Positions 9,624-21,756 of a stretch of 64,000 nucleotides of DNA are shown piece by piece. Source of the stretch: an uncultured Candidatus Binatia bacterium. GTDB taxonomy: Bacteria > Desulfobacterota > Binatia > Bin18. Each line of letters opens with the position of its first letter. Positions within the stretch are counted from its first letter, which is position 1. The stretch is from positions 1,600,001-1,664,000 of the forward strand of contig OZ241744.1 in assembly GCA_965200965.1 (NCBI GenBank), written 5' to 3'. Made by a program: the position numbers and the translations under genes. Under the pieces are notes generated by a model. That model was not told where the DNA came from, did not search any database, and worked only from the letters and a program-made list of their open reading frames with translations.

Positions 9624-11213
9624 ATGAGTTCCAAGGTCCTCATCACCGATTCCCTCGCTCCGCAAGGTCTGGAGCGTTTGCAGTCCTATCCCGGTCTCGA
9701 AGTCGAGGTACGGTCCGAGCTGTCCGCGGCTGATCTCATCCAACACATCCCGGCCTACCAAGCCTTAATTATTCGCAGCGGCACAAAAGTCACCCCCCAG
9801 GTTATTGCCGCGGCCAGCCAACTCCAGGTTATCGGGCGGGCCGGGATCGGGGTCGATAATATCGCGGTCGAAGCGGCGACCAAACAGGGGATTGTGGTCA
9901 TGAATACACCGGGCGGGAATAATGTGACTACCGCCGAGCACGCGATCTCCATGATGCTGGCTCTGGCCCGGAATATCCCCCAGGCCAACGCCTCAATTCG
10001 AGCCGGCCGCTGGGAGCGGACCAAATTCACCGGCAGCGAGGTGTGCAATAAGACGCTCGGCATCATCGGCCTCGGTAATATCGGAGCGATTGTGGCCGAA
10101 CGGGCGCTGGGGCTGCGAATGCGGGTGATCGGCTACGACCCGTTTATCACCCCCGAGACTGCGGCCAAGCTGCGGATTGAGCTCGTCAGTCTGGACGAAC
10201 TGTACGTTCAGGCAGACTTTATCACCATCCATACCCCGCTGACCGAAGAAACCCTGGGGCTGCTTGGCCGGACCGCCTTTAGCCGGATGAAGACCGGGGT
10301 GCGAATTATCAACTGTGCGCGGGGCGGGATTCTTGACGAACAGGCTCTGCTGGCCGCCCTCCGGAACGGCAGCGTTGCCGGGGCTGCCCTTGACGTCTTC
10401 GTCACAGAGCCGCCGCCGACCTCCCACCCCTTGCTCCAGCTCGACAATGTCATCTGCACCCCGCATCTGGGCGCGGCCACCGACGAAGCCCAGATCAATG
10501 TTGCGGTGGCGATTGCCGACCAGGTCGCCAACTATCTGATCCGGGGCGTGATTCAGCACGCGGTCAACTTTCCCTCGCTGACTCCAAAACTGATCACCTT
10601 TCTCCAGCCCTACCTGCTGCTAGGCGAAAAACTAGGCAGCTTTTCAGCCCAGTTGACTGGCGAAGCGCCGCTGGAAGTCCACATCGAATACACCGGTGAT
10701 CTGACCGACTACGATGTCGCCCCGGCCACCGCCGCGGTCCTGCGCGGGCTGCTCAGCCCGATTCTGGAATCGAGCATCAACTATGTGAACGCCCCGCATA
10801 TCGCCCGTGAGCGGGGCGTGCGGGTGGTGGAATCGCGCAGCAACCGGCCCAGCGATTTCTTCAACTCGATCACCGTCAGCGTTGTGAGCACGGGCGGTGT
10901 CAACACGATCGAAGGGGCGGTCTTCACCAACAACGTGGTCCGGCTGGTGCGGGTCAATACGTCCTATCTCGAAGCCGTCCCTGAAGGGCATATCATTGTC
11001 CTGCACAACCACGATGTGCCGGGCGTGGTCGGCAGTGTGGGGACGGTCCTCGGACAGCACCGGATCAACATCGCCGGGCTTGAACTGGGACGCGAACGAG
11101 CCGGCGGCCAAGCCCTGGCCCTCGTCCATGTTGACGCCCATGTTTCGGCCGGGGTCTTAGACGAACTGCGCAGCCTGGAGTCGGTCATTTCGGCCCAGCA
11201 GATCCACTTATAG
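9624..11213 (+). CDS. serA: D-3-phosphoglycerate dehydrogenase (long form, ASB+ACT)
   Basis: GRAGIGVDN, GLGNIG, INCARGG, TPHLGA, C-terminal ACT (DVPGVVG..INIA). Confidence 0.95.
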   Translation: MSSKVLITDSLAPQGLERLQSYPGLEVEVRSELSAADLIQHIPAYQALIIRSGTKVTPQVIAAASQLQVIGRAGIGVDNIAVEAATKQGIVVMNTPGGNNVTTAEHAISMMLALARNIPQANASIRAGRWERTKFTGSEVCNKTLGIIGLGNIGAIVAERALGLRMRVIGYDPFITPETAAKLRIELVSLDELYVQADFITIHTPLTEETLGLLGRTAFSRMKTGVRIINCARGGILDEQALLAALRNGSVAGAALDVFVTEPPPTSHPLLQLDNVICTPHLGAATDEAQINVAVAIADQVANYLIRGVIQHAVNFPSLTPKLITFLQPYLLLGEKLGSFSAQLTGEAPLEVHIEYTGDLTDYDVAPATAAVLRGLLSPILESSINYVNAPHIARERGVRVVESRSNRPSDFFNSITVSVVSTGGVNTIEGAVFTNNVVRLVRVNTSYLEAVPEGHIIVLHNHDVPGVVGSVGTVLGQHRINIAGLELGRERAGGQALALVHVDAHVSAGVLDELRSLESVISAQQIHL

Positions 11214-11253
11214 CGCAATTTCCGAACAAGAACTTCTGTGAGGAGAACGAGGA

Positions 11254-11718
11254 TTGAACATGGAAGCGATGCCCCCTGAACTCATCTGGTTGCTTCTGGG
11301 TATCTTGCTTATTCTGGCAGAATTTGTCCTGCCGGGACTCATTGCCATTTTCTTCGGCCTCGGTGCACTAGTGGTGGGTCTCTTGCTCTGGGCGGGGATG
11401 CCGGGAGATGGCCCGGTGCCCTTTGTTGTGTTCTCCGGTGTTTCGGTTGGTTCATTGCTGCTGTTGCGCGGGCTGTTCAAGCCGTGGTTTACAGGCCGGT
11501 CCCTAGGCGTGCAGGTCACGGGCGAAGACGAGGATTTTGTCGGTCGCAAGGCCGAGGTGGTGTCCGGATTCGACGCCTCGCGAAGTTCCAGTGGGAGAAT
11601 TATCTATCGCGGCACTCAGTGGGAGGCCCGTGCTGCGGATGCTTGTGCTTTGGAAATCGGCTCTCAGGTGCGGATCGTCGGTCGTGAAGGTTCAGTTCTG
11701 ATAATAGACGAGGACTAG
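11254..11718 (+). CDS. NfeD-like (YbbJ) membrane protein
   Basis: WLLLGILLILAEF, hydrophobic N-half, C-terminal OB-type GTQWEA..G..VRIVGREGSVL; precedes an SPFH gene. Confidence 0.85.
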   Translation: MNMEAMPPELIWLLLGILLILAEFVLPGLIAIFFGLGALVVGLLLWAGMPGDGPVPFVVFSGVSVGSLLLLRGLFKPWFTGRSLGVQVTGEDEDFVGRKAEVVSGFDASRSSSGRIIYRGTQWEARAADACALEIGSQVRIVGREGSVLIIDED

Positions 11719-11723
11719 GGAAC

Positions 11724-12662
11724 ATGGACATATCTCTCATTCTCTCCCTGGGTTTGGCAATAGTGGTCATTGTCACCATCATCAAGACAGCACGCGTAGT
11801 GCCCCAGAGAGAACAATTTGTGATTGAGCGACTGGGCAAGTATTCCCGCACCCTAGACGCCGGCTTCCACATACTCATTCCGTTCCTGGACAAGGTGGCG
11901 TATCGTCACTCCCTGAAAGAACAGGCGATGGACGTAGCGTCCCAGACTTGCATAACCCGGGACAACATCTCGGTATCTATCGACGGCATCCTGTATATGC
12001 AGGTGGTGGACGCCCGTGCCGCCAGCTATGGCATTGAAAATTACGCTTTCGCCGCATCCCAGTTGGCTCAGACAACACTCCGTTCGGAAATCGGCAAAAT
12101 TGAGTTGGACAGGACTTTCGAGGAGCGCGAATCCATCAACGCCCAGGTAGTGGATGTGGTTGACCGGGCCTCAGAGCCTTGGGGAGTGAAAGTTCTCCGG
12201 TACGAGATCAAAGACATAGTGCCCCCGGCCTCCGTCAAAGATGCCTTGGAAAAGCAGATGCGGGCCGAACGGGAGCGACGGGCTGTGGTGGCTCGGTCTG
12301 AGGGCGAACGTCAGGCCAAGATCAATGTGTCCGAAGGCGATATGCGGCAGGTAATCAACCTGTCGGAAGCGGAGAAGCAGAAGCAAATCAACGAAGCGGA
12401 AGGTAAGGCCCGAGAGATCACCCTGATCGCGCAAGCCACGGCTGACGGTTTACAAAGTATCGCCGAAGCCATCAGTCAGCCGAGCGGCATCGACGCGGTG
12501 AACCTGCGTGTTGCCGAGCACTATGTCAGGGAATTCGGGAAACTGGCCCGGACCAACAACACCCTGATCCTACCGTCCAACCTCGGAGACATAGGTTCTC
12601 TGGTAGGCGCGATCATGAAAACCGTTGAAGGCATCAAGACGAACGCTGATGACTCGGGCTGA
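11724..12662 (+). CDS. SPFH/band 7 (stomatin-like, QmcA/paraslipin) protein
   Basis: VIERLGKY, CITRDN, AQTTLRSEIG, WGVKVLRYEIKDI, KQMRAERERRA. Confidence 0.92.
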   Translation: MDISLILSLGLAIVVIVTIIKTARVVPQREQFVIERLGKYSRTLDAGFHILIPFLDKVAYRHSLKEQAMDVASQTCITRDNISVSIDGILYMQVVDARAASYGIENYAFAASQLAQTTLRSEIGKIELDRTFEERESINAQVVDVVDRASEPWGVKVLRYEIKDIVPPASVKDALEKQMRAERERRAVVARSEGERQAKINVSEGDMRQVINLSEAEKQKQINEAEGKAREITLIAQATADGLQSIAEAISQPSGIDAVNLRVAEHYVREFGKLARTNNTLILPSNLGDIGSLVGAIMKTVEGIKTNADDSG

Positions 12663-12684
12663 CCTGCGACAGCGGACCCAGTAG

Positions 12685-15004
<2,320 letters not shown>

Positions 15005-15049
15005 GGGGGTTGACCTTGGCAGGGAGAGGAGCGTCTGTGTGTGATGCTC

Positions 15050-15268
15050 CCTACATCAGCGCGTTCCGTCCTGCGACAGCGAGACACTTTCGAGCCGCGC
15101 TTGCGGGTGGCAGACTCGCCGGGCAAGTCTTCCTTGATCGCTGCAAGCTCGCCGAGGTTGACATCATCGGCCCGATAGGTGGCACCGAAGCCGGCCACGC
15201 CGAGCACTCCTCGGAGCGTGTCTTCCTGTAGCCGGGTGCCTGCCGGCAGGGCGTTTGGGGTGGCCCAT
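15050..15268 (-). pseudogene. N-terminal remnant of a Ser/Thr protein kinase
   Basis: NALPAGTRLQEDTLRGVLGVAGFGATYRADDVNLGELAAIKEDLP = Gly-rich loop plus AIK lysine; nearest ATG out of frame and no catalytic loop follows. Confidence 0.75.
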
Positions 15269-15280
15269 GTAGAGTCCCGA

Positions 15281-15699
15281 TCATGTGAGTTTCAGCAGGG
15301 AATAATCCGGTGACTCGGGTCGTGGACTCAGGGTGCGGTTGGTGCAGTCGGCGACTAAATCCAGGGCTTCAAGGACGATCTGGCCGATCAGCGGCTCGCT
15401 CAGGGGCGGGCCGACAACACAGTCGGTGCTCATAAAACGGTTGCCAATGTGAATAGTCAGGGGGCCGGCCACCGGGCGTTCCTCCTTGCGCTCATCCGCG
15501 CAGGAGACAACAACGATCCGGCGTATTTCCAGTCCCAGTCGCTCAACTACGTTCTGCGGCACGACCAGCATGCCGGCTCGGTGTCAACAATTACCTCAAG
15601 GCTGGAACGACGAATGGCCGACTCCTCGCCATAGCCCTGCTCAAAAACGCCCCGGTCTGCGCCGTTTTCAAGCGTAACGGTGACCGTGATCTCTCCCAA
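15281..15699 (-). pseudogene. Frameshifted clan AA (retropepsin-like) aspartic protease
   Basis: AGGAG RBS, TTG start MGEITVTVTLEN...VIVDT, then a one-base loss near 15579; restoring one G gives DTGAGMLVVPQNVVERLGL...PLIGQIVLEALDL. Confidence 0.75.
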
Positions 15700-15753
15700 C
15701 TCGTTCTCCTGCCGGCGTATCGGTCAAGGCGCGCCGGGTGCATCGCTGCGGGC

Positions 15754-16407
15754 TCAGGCGTCAACCGTCTCGCCCGACAGCGCTACCCCGTCCAGATGAT
15801 CGGTATCGTTCACATAGTGGATCAGCGCACCGCCCGCCGCGGTCAGCGTCACCTTGCTCAGGCCGGTGTTGCCGATTTTGCCGATTTTGCGGAACTGGCT
15901 CATATCCAAACCGCGACAGTGCAATAGAAATGCCCGGACCGCGCCGCCGTGGGTCACGACCGCCACCTGCTGCCCGGCGTGCTTCTTGACCAGCACCCGG
16001 GCGGCATTGAGCAGCCGGCCTTGAAAATGGGCGAAGGTCTCGCCTCCGCCACGGGGCAGGTCTTCGCCCGCCCGCAGCCGCTCCCACTCTTCAGGATGGC
16101 GGGCAATGACCTCTCCGGTCCGCAGCCCACTCCAGGTACCGATATTCATCTCCCGCCAGCCGCTCTCAACGGTCGGCTCAACCCCCAAGGTCTGGCCAAG
16201 AATCGCCGCCGTATCCCCCGCTCGGATCAGATCGCTGGTGTAAATTGCCTGGACCGGCTGCTTTTCCTGCCACAACCGCCGGGCCAGCCGCCAGGCCTGC
16301 GTCCGGCCGCTTTCACTCAGCGGCACATCGGCTTGGCCCTGCCAGCGGTTTTCCTGATTCCATACCGTCTCTCCGTGACGGACTAAGAGTATGCGTACCC
16401 CCTCCAT
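15754..16407 (-). CDS. Histidine phosphatase (phosphoglycerate mutase family)
   Basis: LVRHGETVWN, QGQADVPLS, SDLIRA, GGET, VVTHGG. Confidence 0.92.
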   Translation of the reverse strand: MEGVRILLVRHGETVWNQENRWQGQADVPLSESGRTQAWRLARRLWQEKQPVQAIYTSDLIRAGDTAAILGQTLGVEPTVESGWREMNIGTWSGLRTGEVIARHPEEWERLRAGEDLPRGGGETFAHFQGRLLNAARVLVKKHAGQQVAVVTHGGAVRAFLLHCRGLDMSQFRKIGKIGNTGLSKVTLTAAGGALIHYVNDTDHLDGVALSGETVDA

Positions 16408-16624
16408 TGCTCTCCTCACGGCACAGATTCGTCAGACTCCCGGTTGACGGTCCGCCCTGGTTCAAGTGGTGGTAGCATGTCCGGCCTCGGATTGCCAGAT
16501 TGGCGGCTGAAACTGGCCCGGACGGACGGTCCCAGCCACCTTCTCTTGACCGAAAAGGTGAACGATGCTCTCTTCTTGTGGTTATCAGCTTGTGCCAGGC
16601 AAGGCTTCGGAGGAGGGACGGAGT

Positions 16625-17512
16625 ATGCAATACGGTGCTTTTTTACCCCATATTGGTCCACTGGCCCGGGGCGATGTGCTCAACAATATTCGGACCACCG
16701 CCCAAACGGCCGAAGCGCTTGGCTACGATTCCGTGTGGGTGGGCGATCATATCGTCACCCCGCTGGATATTGCCTCAAAATATCCGTATACCGCCAGCGG
16801 CGCGTTTCCGATTGACCCGCACGCGCCTATCCTTGAACCGCTGACGGTTCTGAGCTTTGCCGCGGCCTGTACCACTACAATCCGGCTCGGCACAGCAGTC
16901 CTGGTCCTGCCCCATCGGAATGCTGTGGTGACTGCCAAGACCGTCGCAACCCTTGACGTGCTGTCCGCCGGACGGGTCATCCTGGGAGTCGGTGTGGGCT
17001 GGATGGAGGAAGAGTTCGGTGCCCTGAACGCCCCGTTTGCCGACCGCGGCCCGCTGAGTGATGAGAGTGTGGCGGTCATGAAAGCGCTGTGGACCCAAAA
17101 CAGCGCAAGCTTCTCGGGGCGCTTTCACCAGTTCCCGGAGCTGTGCTGTGAGCCCCGGCCGGTCCAACAGCCCCACCCGCCGATCTGGCTGGGCGGGCAT
17201 ACCAAGCCGGCCCTGCGCCGGATTGTTGAATACGGCGACGGCTGGGCCGCGGTGGTGTTCAACCCTGAGGAGTTTGGCCAACGGATGGACAAACTCAGAG
17301 ACAGGGCGGCCCGGGCCGGACGGGATATGTCGACGATTACCCTGTGCGTGTCGCCCCGCGGCAAACGGCCCGAGGAAATTGTTGACGACATTCCTCGCTA
17401 CCAGGAGTTGGGAGCGACCTATCTGTACCTAGCCTTCTTCAATTTTGCCCGCAGCTATGAAGAAATGGCCGGGATGATGGAGCGCTTCGCGCGGGAGGTC
17501 AAGCTGAGCTAG
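16625..17512 (+). CDS. LLM-class (probably F420-dependent) oxidoreductase
   Basis: AEALGYDSVWVGDH, IRLGTAVLVLP, TLDVLSAGRVILGVGVGW..EEF, PPIWLGG, YGDGW; GGAG RBS. Confidence 0.88.
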   Translation: MQYGAFLPHIGPLARGDVLNNIRTTAQTAEALGYDSVWVGDHIVTPLDIASKYPYTASGAFPIDPHAPILEPLTVLSFAAACTTTIRLGTAVLVLPHRNAVVTAKTVATLDVLSAGRVILGVGVGWMEEEFGALNAPFADRGPLSDESVAVMKALWTQNSASFSGRFHQFPELCCEPRPVQQPHPPIWLGGHTKPALRRIVEYGDGWAAVVFNPEEFGQRMDKLRDRAARAGRDMSTITLCVSPRGKRPEEIVDDIPRYQELGATYLYLAFFNFARSYEEMAGMMERFAREVKLS

Positions 17513-17576
17513 CCTATTCAGTTGCAGTCACGCTCAGCAGACAACGCACGGTCCTCGATCACCCGCAAGGATTCTC

Positions 17577-18047
17577 ATGGGCGGACAACAGGCACGCAGC
17601 TCTCACCCATATGCCCTCCGGTATCTGCTCGGCGTTTTTCTTCCCCTGACCGGACTTCTGCTGTCAGGCTGCTCAGGTCCAGAGCCCAGCAAACTCCTGA
17701 TTCACATCTCACAGGTTGAACTGAAACGCTTCAATGCCGAAACGCTGACCGTCCAGCTCGACTATGACTTGGCAGAGGAGGCCGAACTCCCCCTGCCCTA
17801 CCTCGAAGTGCTGGTCTTTCCGCTTGAACCCGAGGTCAAGCTGGCCGGTGCGCTCAGACCGTTTAGGCTCTACGCCGGCTCGGTCTCGGTCAGCTTTCCC
17901 ATTCCCGCCGATGCTGGAATTGACTGGGACGATCTGCGCGAGCCGAGCGCGTGTTGTACGGTTTCCCTCAAGGGCGTACGGGCAGACGGAGAAGTGGAAC
18001 GGATCAGCAATCAGGTTAGCGTCGCCCTCCCCGAACTGTCCGCTTGA
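17577..18047 (+). CDS. Hypothetical lipoprotein
   Basis: Hydrophobic stretch ending LLLSGC lipobox; fills gap between known genes. Confidence 0.6.
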   Translation: MGGQQARSSHPYALRYLLGVFLPLTGLLLSGCSGPEPSKLLIHISQVELKRFNAETLTVQLDYDLAEEAELPLPYLEVLVFPLEPEVKLAGALRPFRLYAGSVSVSFPIPADAGIDWDDLREPSACCTVSLKGVRADGEVERISNQVSVALPELSA

Positions 18048-18119
18048 CAAGACGCGTCGCCGGCGCGTAGTGGAGGGGGTGGCCGTGCAAGCTGTAGGAC
18101 AAGCCGGAGAGGAGAGGGC

Positions 18120-19310
18120 ATGGATCTCAGCTATTCCGAACAGGACCAAGCCTTTCGCAAACAGGTCCGGGCGTGGATGAAAAAAAACGTCCCCAAAAAG
18201 AACTCAGCGTTCGGCAAGCTGGCAGCCGATGACCCCCGACGTATTGAACGCGCAAAGGAATGGCAGCGCAGCCTGTATCAGGCCGGTTATGTGGCCATGG
18301 GCTGGCCCAAGGAGTACGGCGGCCAGGGCGACAGCAATGTCATGCGCCAGACGATTGTCAACGAAGAACTCGTCCTGGCCAAAGCGCCGGGTCTGATCGG
18401 TGCCTCGGGCCTGACCATGCTCGGCCCGACCCTCTTGCAGTGCGGCACCGACCAACAGAAACACCGCTATCTGCCCAAGGTCCTGACCGCCGAAGAGATC
18501 TGGTGCCAGGGCTATTCCGAGCCCGGCTCAGGCTCAGACTTGGCCTCCCTGCGGACGCGGGCCGAGTTGGTCGGCGACGAATTCATCATTAACGGCCAGA
18601 AGGTCTGGACCTCGGGCGCACAGTTCTCGGACTGGATGTTCTGCCTAGTCCGCACCGACCCAGACGCGCCCAAGCATCGCGGCATCTCCTATGTCCTGAT
18701 CGACATGAAAGCGCCCGGCATTACGGTCCGGCCCCTAGTCCAGATGACCGGCGACGCCGGGTTTAATGAGGTCTTTTTCGAGGATGTGCGAGTGCCCCGA
18801 GAAAACCTGGTCGGGGAGTTGAACCAGGGCTGGATGGTAGCCAACGCCACCCTGTTTCACGAGCGGAATATGCTGGGCTCCACCACCCGCACCCAGATCA
18901 TGATGCAGAACCTGATCCGTCTGGCCCGCAGCCATGAGCGCTACGGCAAACCCGCGGCCGAAGACCCGGTTATCCGTCAAAAGCTGGCCGAGTTGCTGGG
19001 CCGGGTTGAGGCCATGAAATACCATTCGCTGCGTCAGCTCACCGATGTCATCAAAGGCCGCCAGCCCGGCCTCGGGGCAATGGTCAATAAACTGGTCGGC
19101 ACCGAGTTGAACCACAACATCTGCGCCCTGGCGCTCGAGCTTATGAACTCCTACGCGCCGCTCAAACGCGGGGCCGACCAAGTGATAGACAACGGGGTGT
19201 GGCAGTACGAGTTCATGTTTACCCTGGGTCTGATTATTGGTGGTGGAACATCGCAGATTCAGAAGAATATCATCAGCGAGCGGGGTTTGGGCATGCCGAA
19301 GTCGGACTGA
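18120..19310 (+). CDS. Acyl-CoA dehydrogenase, catalytic subunit (FadE17/26-like)
   Basis: WPKEYGG, WCQGYSEPGSGSDLASLRT, NGQKVWTS, FNEVFFEDVRVP, LFHER, GGTSQIQKNII. Confidence 0.93.
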   Translation: MDLSYSEQDQAFRKQVRAWMKKNVPKKNSAFGKLAADDPRRIERAKEWQRSLYQAGYVAMGWPKEYGGQGDSNVMRQTIVNEELVLAKAPGLIGASGLTMLGPTLLQCGTDQQKHRYLPKVLTAEEIWCQGYSEPGSGSDLASLRTRAELVGDEFIINGQKVWTSGAQFSDWMFCLVRTDPDAPKHRGISYVLIDMKAPGITVRPLVQMTGDAGFNEVFFEDVRVPRENLVGELNQGWMVANATLFHERNMLGSTTRTQIMMQNLIRLARSHERYGKPAAEDPVIRQKLAELLGRVEAMKYHSLRQLTDVIKGRQPGLGAMVNKLVGTELNHNICALALELMNSYAPLKRGADQVIDNGVWQYEFMFTLGLIIGGGTSQIQKNIISERGLGMPKSD

Positions 19311-19330
19311 ACGCCGGCGGAGAGGGCGCT

Positions 19331-20464
19331 ATGGATTTTGGCCTGTCACCAGAACAAGAGTTGCTGCAAAACACGGCCCGGGAGTTTTTGACCCAAGAGT
19401 GCCCGCCCGCCCTGGTACGAGAGTTGTACAGCGACCCCGGCGGGTTTTCGCCCGAACTCCACCGCAAGACGGCCGCCCTGGGCTGGACCGGTCTGCTGAT
19501 CCCCGAAGCCTACGGCGGGCTGGGGCTCGGTATGCTGGATATGGCCGTGCTGCTCGAAGAGATCGGACGGGCGGTCATGCCTGGCCCGTTCCTGTTCTCG
19601 TCCGTGCTGACCACGCTTGGCCTAGTCCGGGCTGGAAGCCCCGCCCAGAAAGACGCCTGGCTGCCGCGCCTGGCTTCGGGACAGGCAGTTGGGACGTTGG
19701 CCTTTCTTGAGCGGGACGACCGTCTCGACGCCCGGGGCGTAGCCCTGAAGGCCAAAAAAACCAAACACGGCTACCTGCTATCTGGCACCAAAATGTTCGT
19801 CCCGTTTGCCGCGGTTGCCGATGTCCTGCTAGTAGCAGCGCGGACCGCTGGCAAAGCCAAGCGGGGGGTGAGTCTGTTCCTGGTCGAACGCCAAGCCCCG
19901 GGCCTCAGCATCACCCCGATCGATATCATTGACCAGACCCGGCGCGTGTATCGAGTCGAATTCCACCAGGTCGCCGTCCCCAAAACCGCCCTGGTCGGCA
20001 AAAAGGACAAGGGCTGGAAAACCACGGCCCGGCTGCTTGATGTGGCCTGTGTCGCTCTGGCCGCCGATAGCCTGGGCGGGTCTCAGAAAGCCCTGGAGAT
20101 GGCCGTTGAATACGCCAAAACCCGCACCCAGTTCAACCGACCGATCGCCTCATTCCAGGCCCTCAAACATATGGCGGCGGAAATGGCCAGCGACATCGAA
20201 CCGGCCCGGTCGCTGGTGTGGTATGCGGCCTATGCCTTTGACACCCTGCCGGCCGAAGCCTCGCGGGCCGCAGCCCTGGCCAAGGCGCGGCTGTCGGACA
20301 TCTACGCGCGCACCACCAACCGAGCGGTCCAGATGCACGGTGGCATCGGCTTTACCTGGGAGCACGATATGCACTTCTGGTTCAAACGCGCCAAGTGGAA
20401 CGAGTTTGCCTTTGGGGATGCAAGCTACCACCGTGAAAGGCTCGCTCAACTTGACGGGTTTTAG
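19331..20464 (+). CDS. Acyl-CoA dehydrogenase, partner subunit (FadE18/27-like)
   Basis: MDFGLSPEQ, LEEIGR, RTQFNRPIASFQALKH, QMHGGIGFTWEHDMH. Confidence 0.9.
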   Translation: MDFGLSPEQELLQNTAREFLTQECPPALVRELYSDPGGFSPELHRKTAALGWTGLLIPEAYGGLGLGMLDMAVLLEEIGRAVMPGPFLFSSVLTTLGLVRAGSPAQKDAWLPRLASGQAVGTLAFLERDDRLDARGVALKAKKTKHGYLLSGTKMFVPFAAVADVLLVAARTAGKAKRGVSLFLVERQAPGLSITPIDIIDQTRRVYRVEFHQVAVPKTALVGKKDKGWKTTARLLDVACVALAADSLGGSQKALEMAVEYAKTRTQFNRPIASFQALKHMAAEMASDIEPARSLVWYAAYAFDTLPAEASRAAALAKARLSDIYARTTNRAVQMHGGIGFTWEHDMHFWFKRAKWNEFAFGDASYHRERLAQLDGF

Positions 20465-20593
20465 GCCTAGCAGCACAATCTCAGACTGGACGCCAGGGAC
20501 GGAAATCGCTACCTTGCGGGGAAGGTGAACGAGGCTCTGACCGCCTCATGAGAATTCACCCCCAGACCATATCACTCTCAGGGGAGGAGAACA

Positions 20594-21250
20594 ATGTCAC
20601 TTCATATTGGTGAAGAAGCTCCGAATTTTACGGCAGAAACAACGCAGGGCACGATCAACTTTCATGAATGGATTGGGGAGAGCTGGGCGATTCTGTTCTC
20701 CCACCCCAAGGATTTCACCCCGGTATGCACGACCGAGCTGGGCTATATGGCCGGTCTCAAACCCGAGTTTGACAAGCGCAACTGCAAGATCATCGGCCTG
20801 AGCACCGACCCGGTCAGCGATCATACCAACTGGGCCAAAGATATTGAGGAAACCCAGGGCCACGCGGTCAACTATCCGCTGATCGGCGACGCCGACCTCG
20901 CCGTCTCCAAGCTGTACGACATGATCCACCCCGAGGCCAGCGGCGGTGCGCCGCGCACCGCGGCCGACAACGCCACCATCCGCTCGGTCTTTGTGATTGG
21001 ACCAGATAAGAAAATCAAGCTGATGCTGACCTACCCGATGACCACCGGGCGCAACTTTGACGAGGTCCTGCGTGTGCTCGACTCCATGCAACTGACCGCC
21101 CAGCACAAGGTCGCCACCCCGGTCAACTGGCACCAAGGCGAAGAAGTGATTATCGTCCCCGCGGTGTCCGATGCCGAGGCCAAGGAACAATATCCCGAGG
21201 GCTGGAAAACCCTCAAACCCTATCTGCGGCTCGTCTCCCAGCCGAAATAG
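20594..21250 (+). CDS. 1-Cys peroxiredoxin (Prx6)
   Basis: FSHPKDFTPVCTTELG, GRNFDEVLR, ATPVNW. Confidence 0.95.
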   Translation: MSLHIGEEAPNFTAETTQGTINFHEWIGESWAILFSHPKDFTPVCTTELGYMAGLKPEFDKRNCKIIGLSTDPVSDHTNWAKDIEETQGHAVNYPLIGDADLAVSKLYDMIHPEASGGAPRTAADNATIRSVFVIGPDKKIKLMLTYPMTTGRNFDEVLRVLDSMQLTAQHKVATPVNWHQGEEVIIVPAVSDAEAKEQYPEGWKTLKPYLRLVSQPK

Positions 21251-21335
21251 GCGGTCTATTCCGGCGGTGTCACCAATCCCAGATGATCGACCGCATAGCC
21301 CGGGGGCAGAGAGGCACGCACCTCACACAGACGGC

Positions 21336-21722
21336 TTAATCAAACTCGCGGTAATTCATCACACGCCAGCCGTCTTGCTCTTTGCGCAGACTGAGCAACA
21401 GTTCCTTCTGAAACTCCCCGGCTCCTGCCACAGCGATCTTGGCCTGATACTGTAAGGCTACGCGGGTGTCGCCGCGGGGCGTTTCCTTTACCAAGGTGTA
21501 GTATACCCGAGGCAGCCGGGTGTTGGCATCGATCGCCTGCCCCTCAGTCAGGCGAATCTCCTCCTCAACACGCTCGAGCGCCAAGCCGCTACAGTAGCCC
21601 TTGGCCGCCTCAAGGTCCATTTGCACATAGTGAGCGTCCAGAAAGCCTTCGGCTACGCCGCGCGGGCTGTTTGGGTCGGGCTGACAGGCGCTCAGTCCAG
21701 CGACGAGCACGAGCACGACCAT
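21336..21722 (-). CDS. Hypothetical lipoprotein (NTF2/DUF4878-like)
   Basis: VLVAGLSAC lipobox, SPRGVAEGF, C-terminal LRKEQDGWRV. Confidence 0.6.
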   Translation of the reverse strand: MVVLVLVAGLSACQPDPNSPRGVAEGFLDAHYVQMDLEAAKGYCSGLALERVEEEIRLTEGQAIDANTRLPRVYYTLVKETPRGDTRVALQYQAKIAVAGAGEFQKELLLSLRKEQDGWRVMNYREFD

Positions 21723-21756
21723 GTCAATCCACCCGTCCCTCCCTCCTGCCCCCCGA

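Noticed and set aside
15754-16407. Metal-independent phosphoserine phosphatase (PspA) completing the serA pathway
   Set aside because: Plausible from proximity, but the His expected after the catalytic Glu region is absent (EMNIG) and the gene is not in the ser operon.
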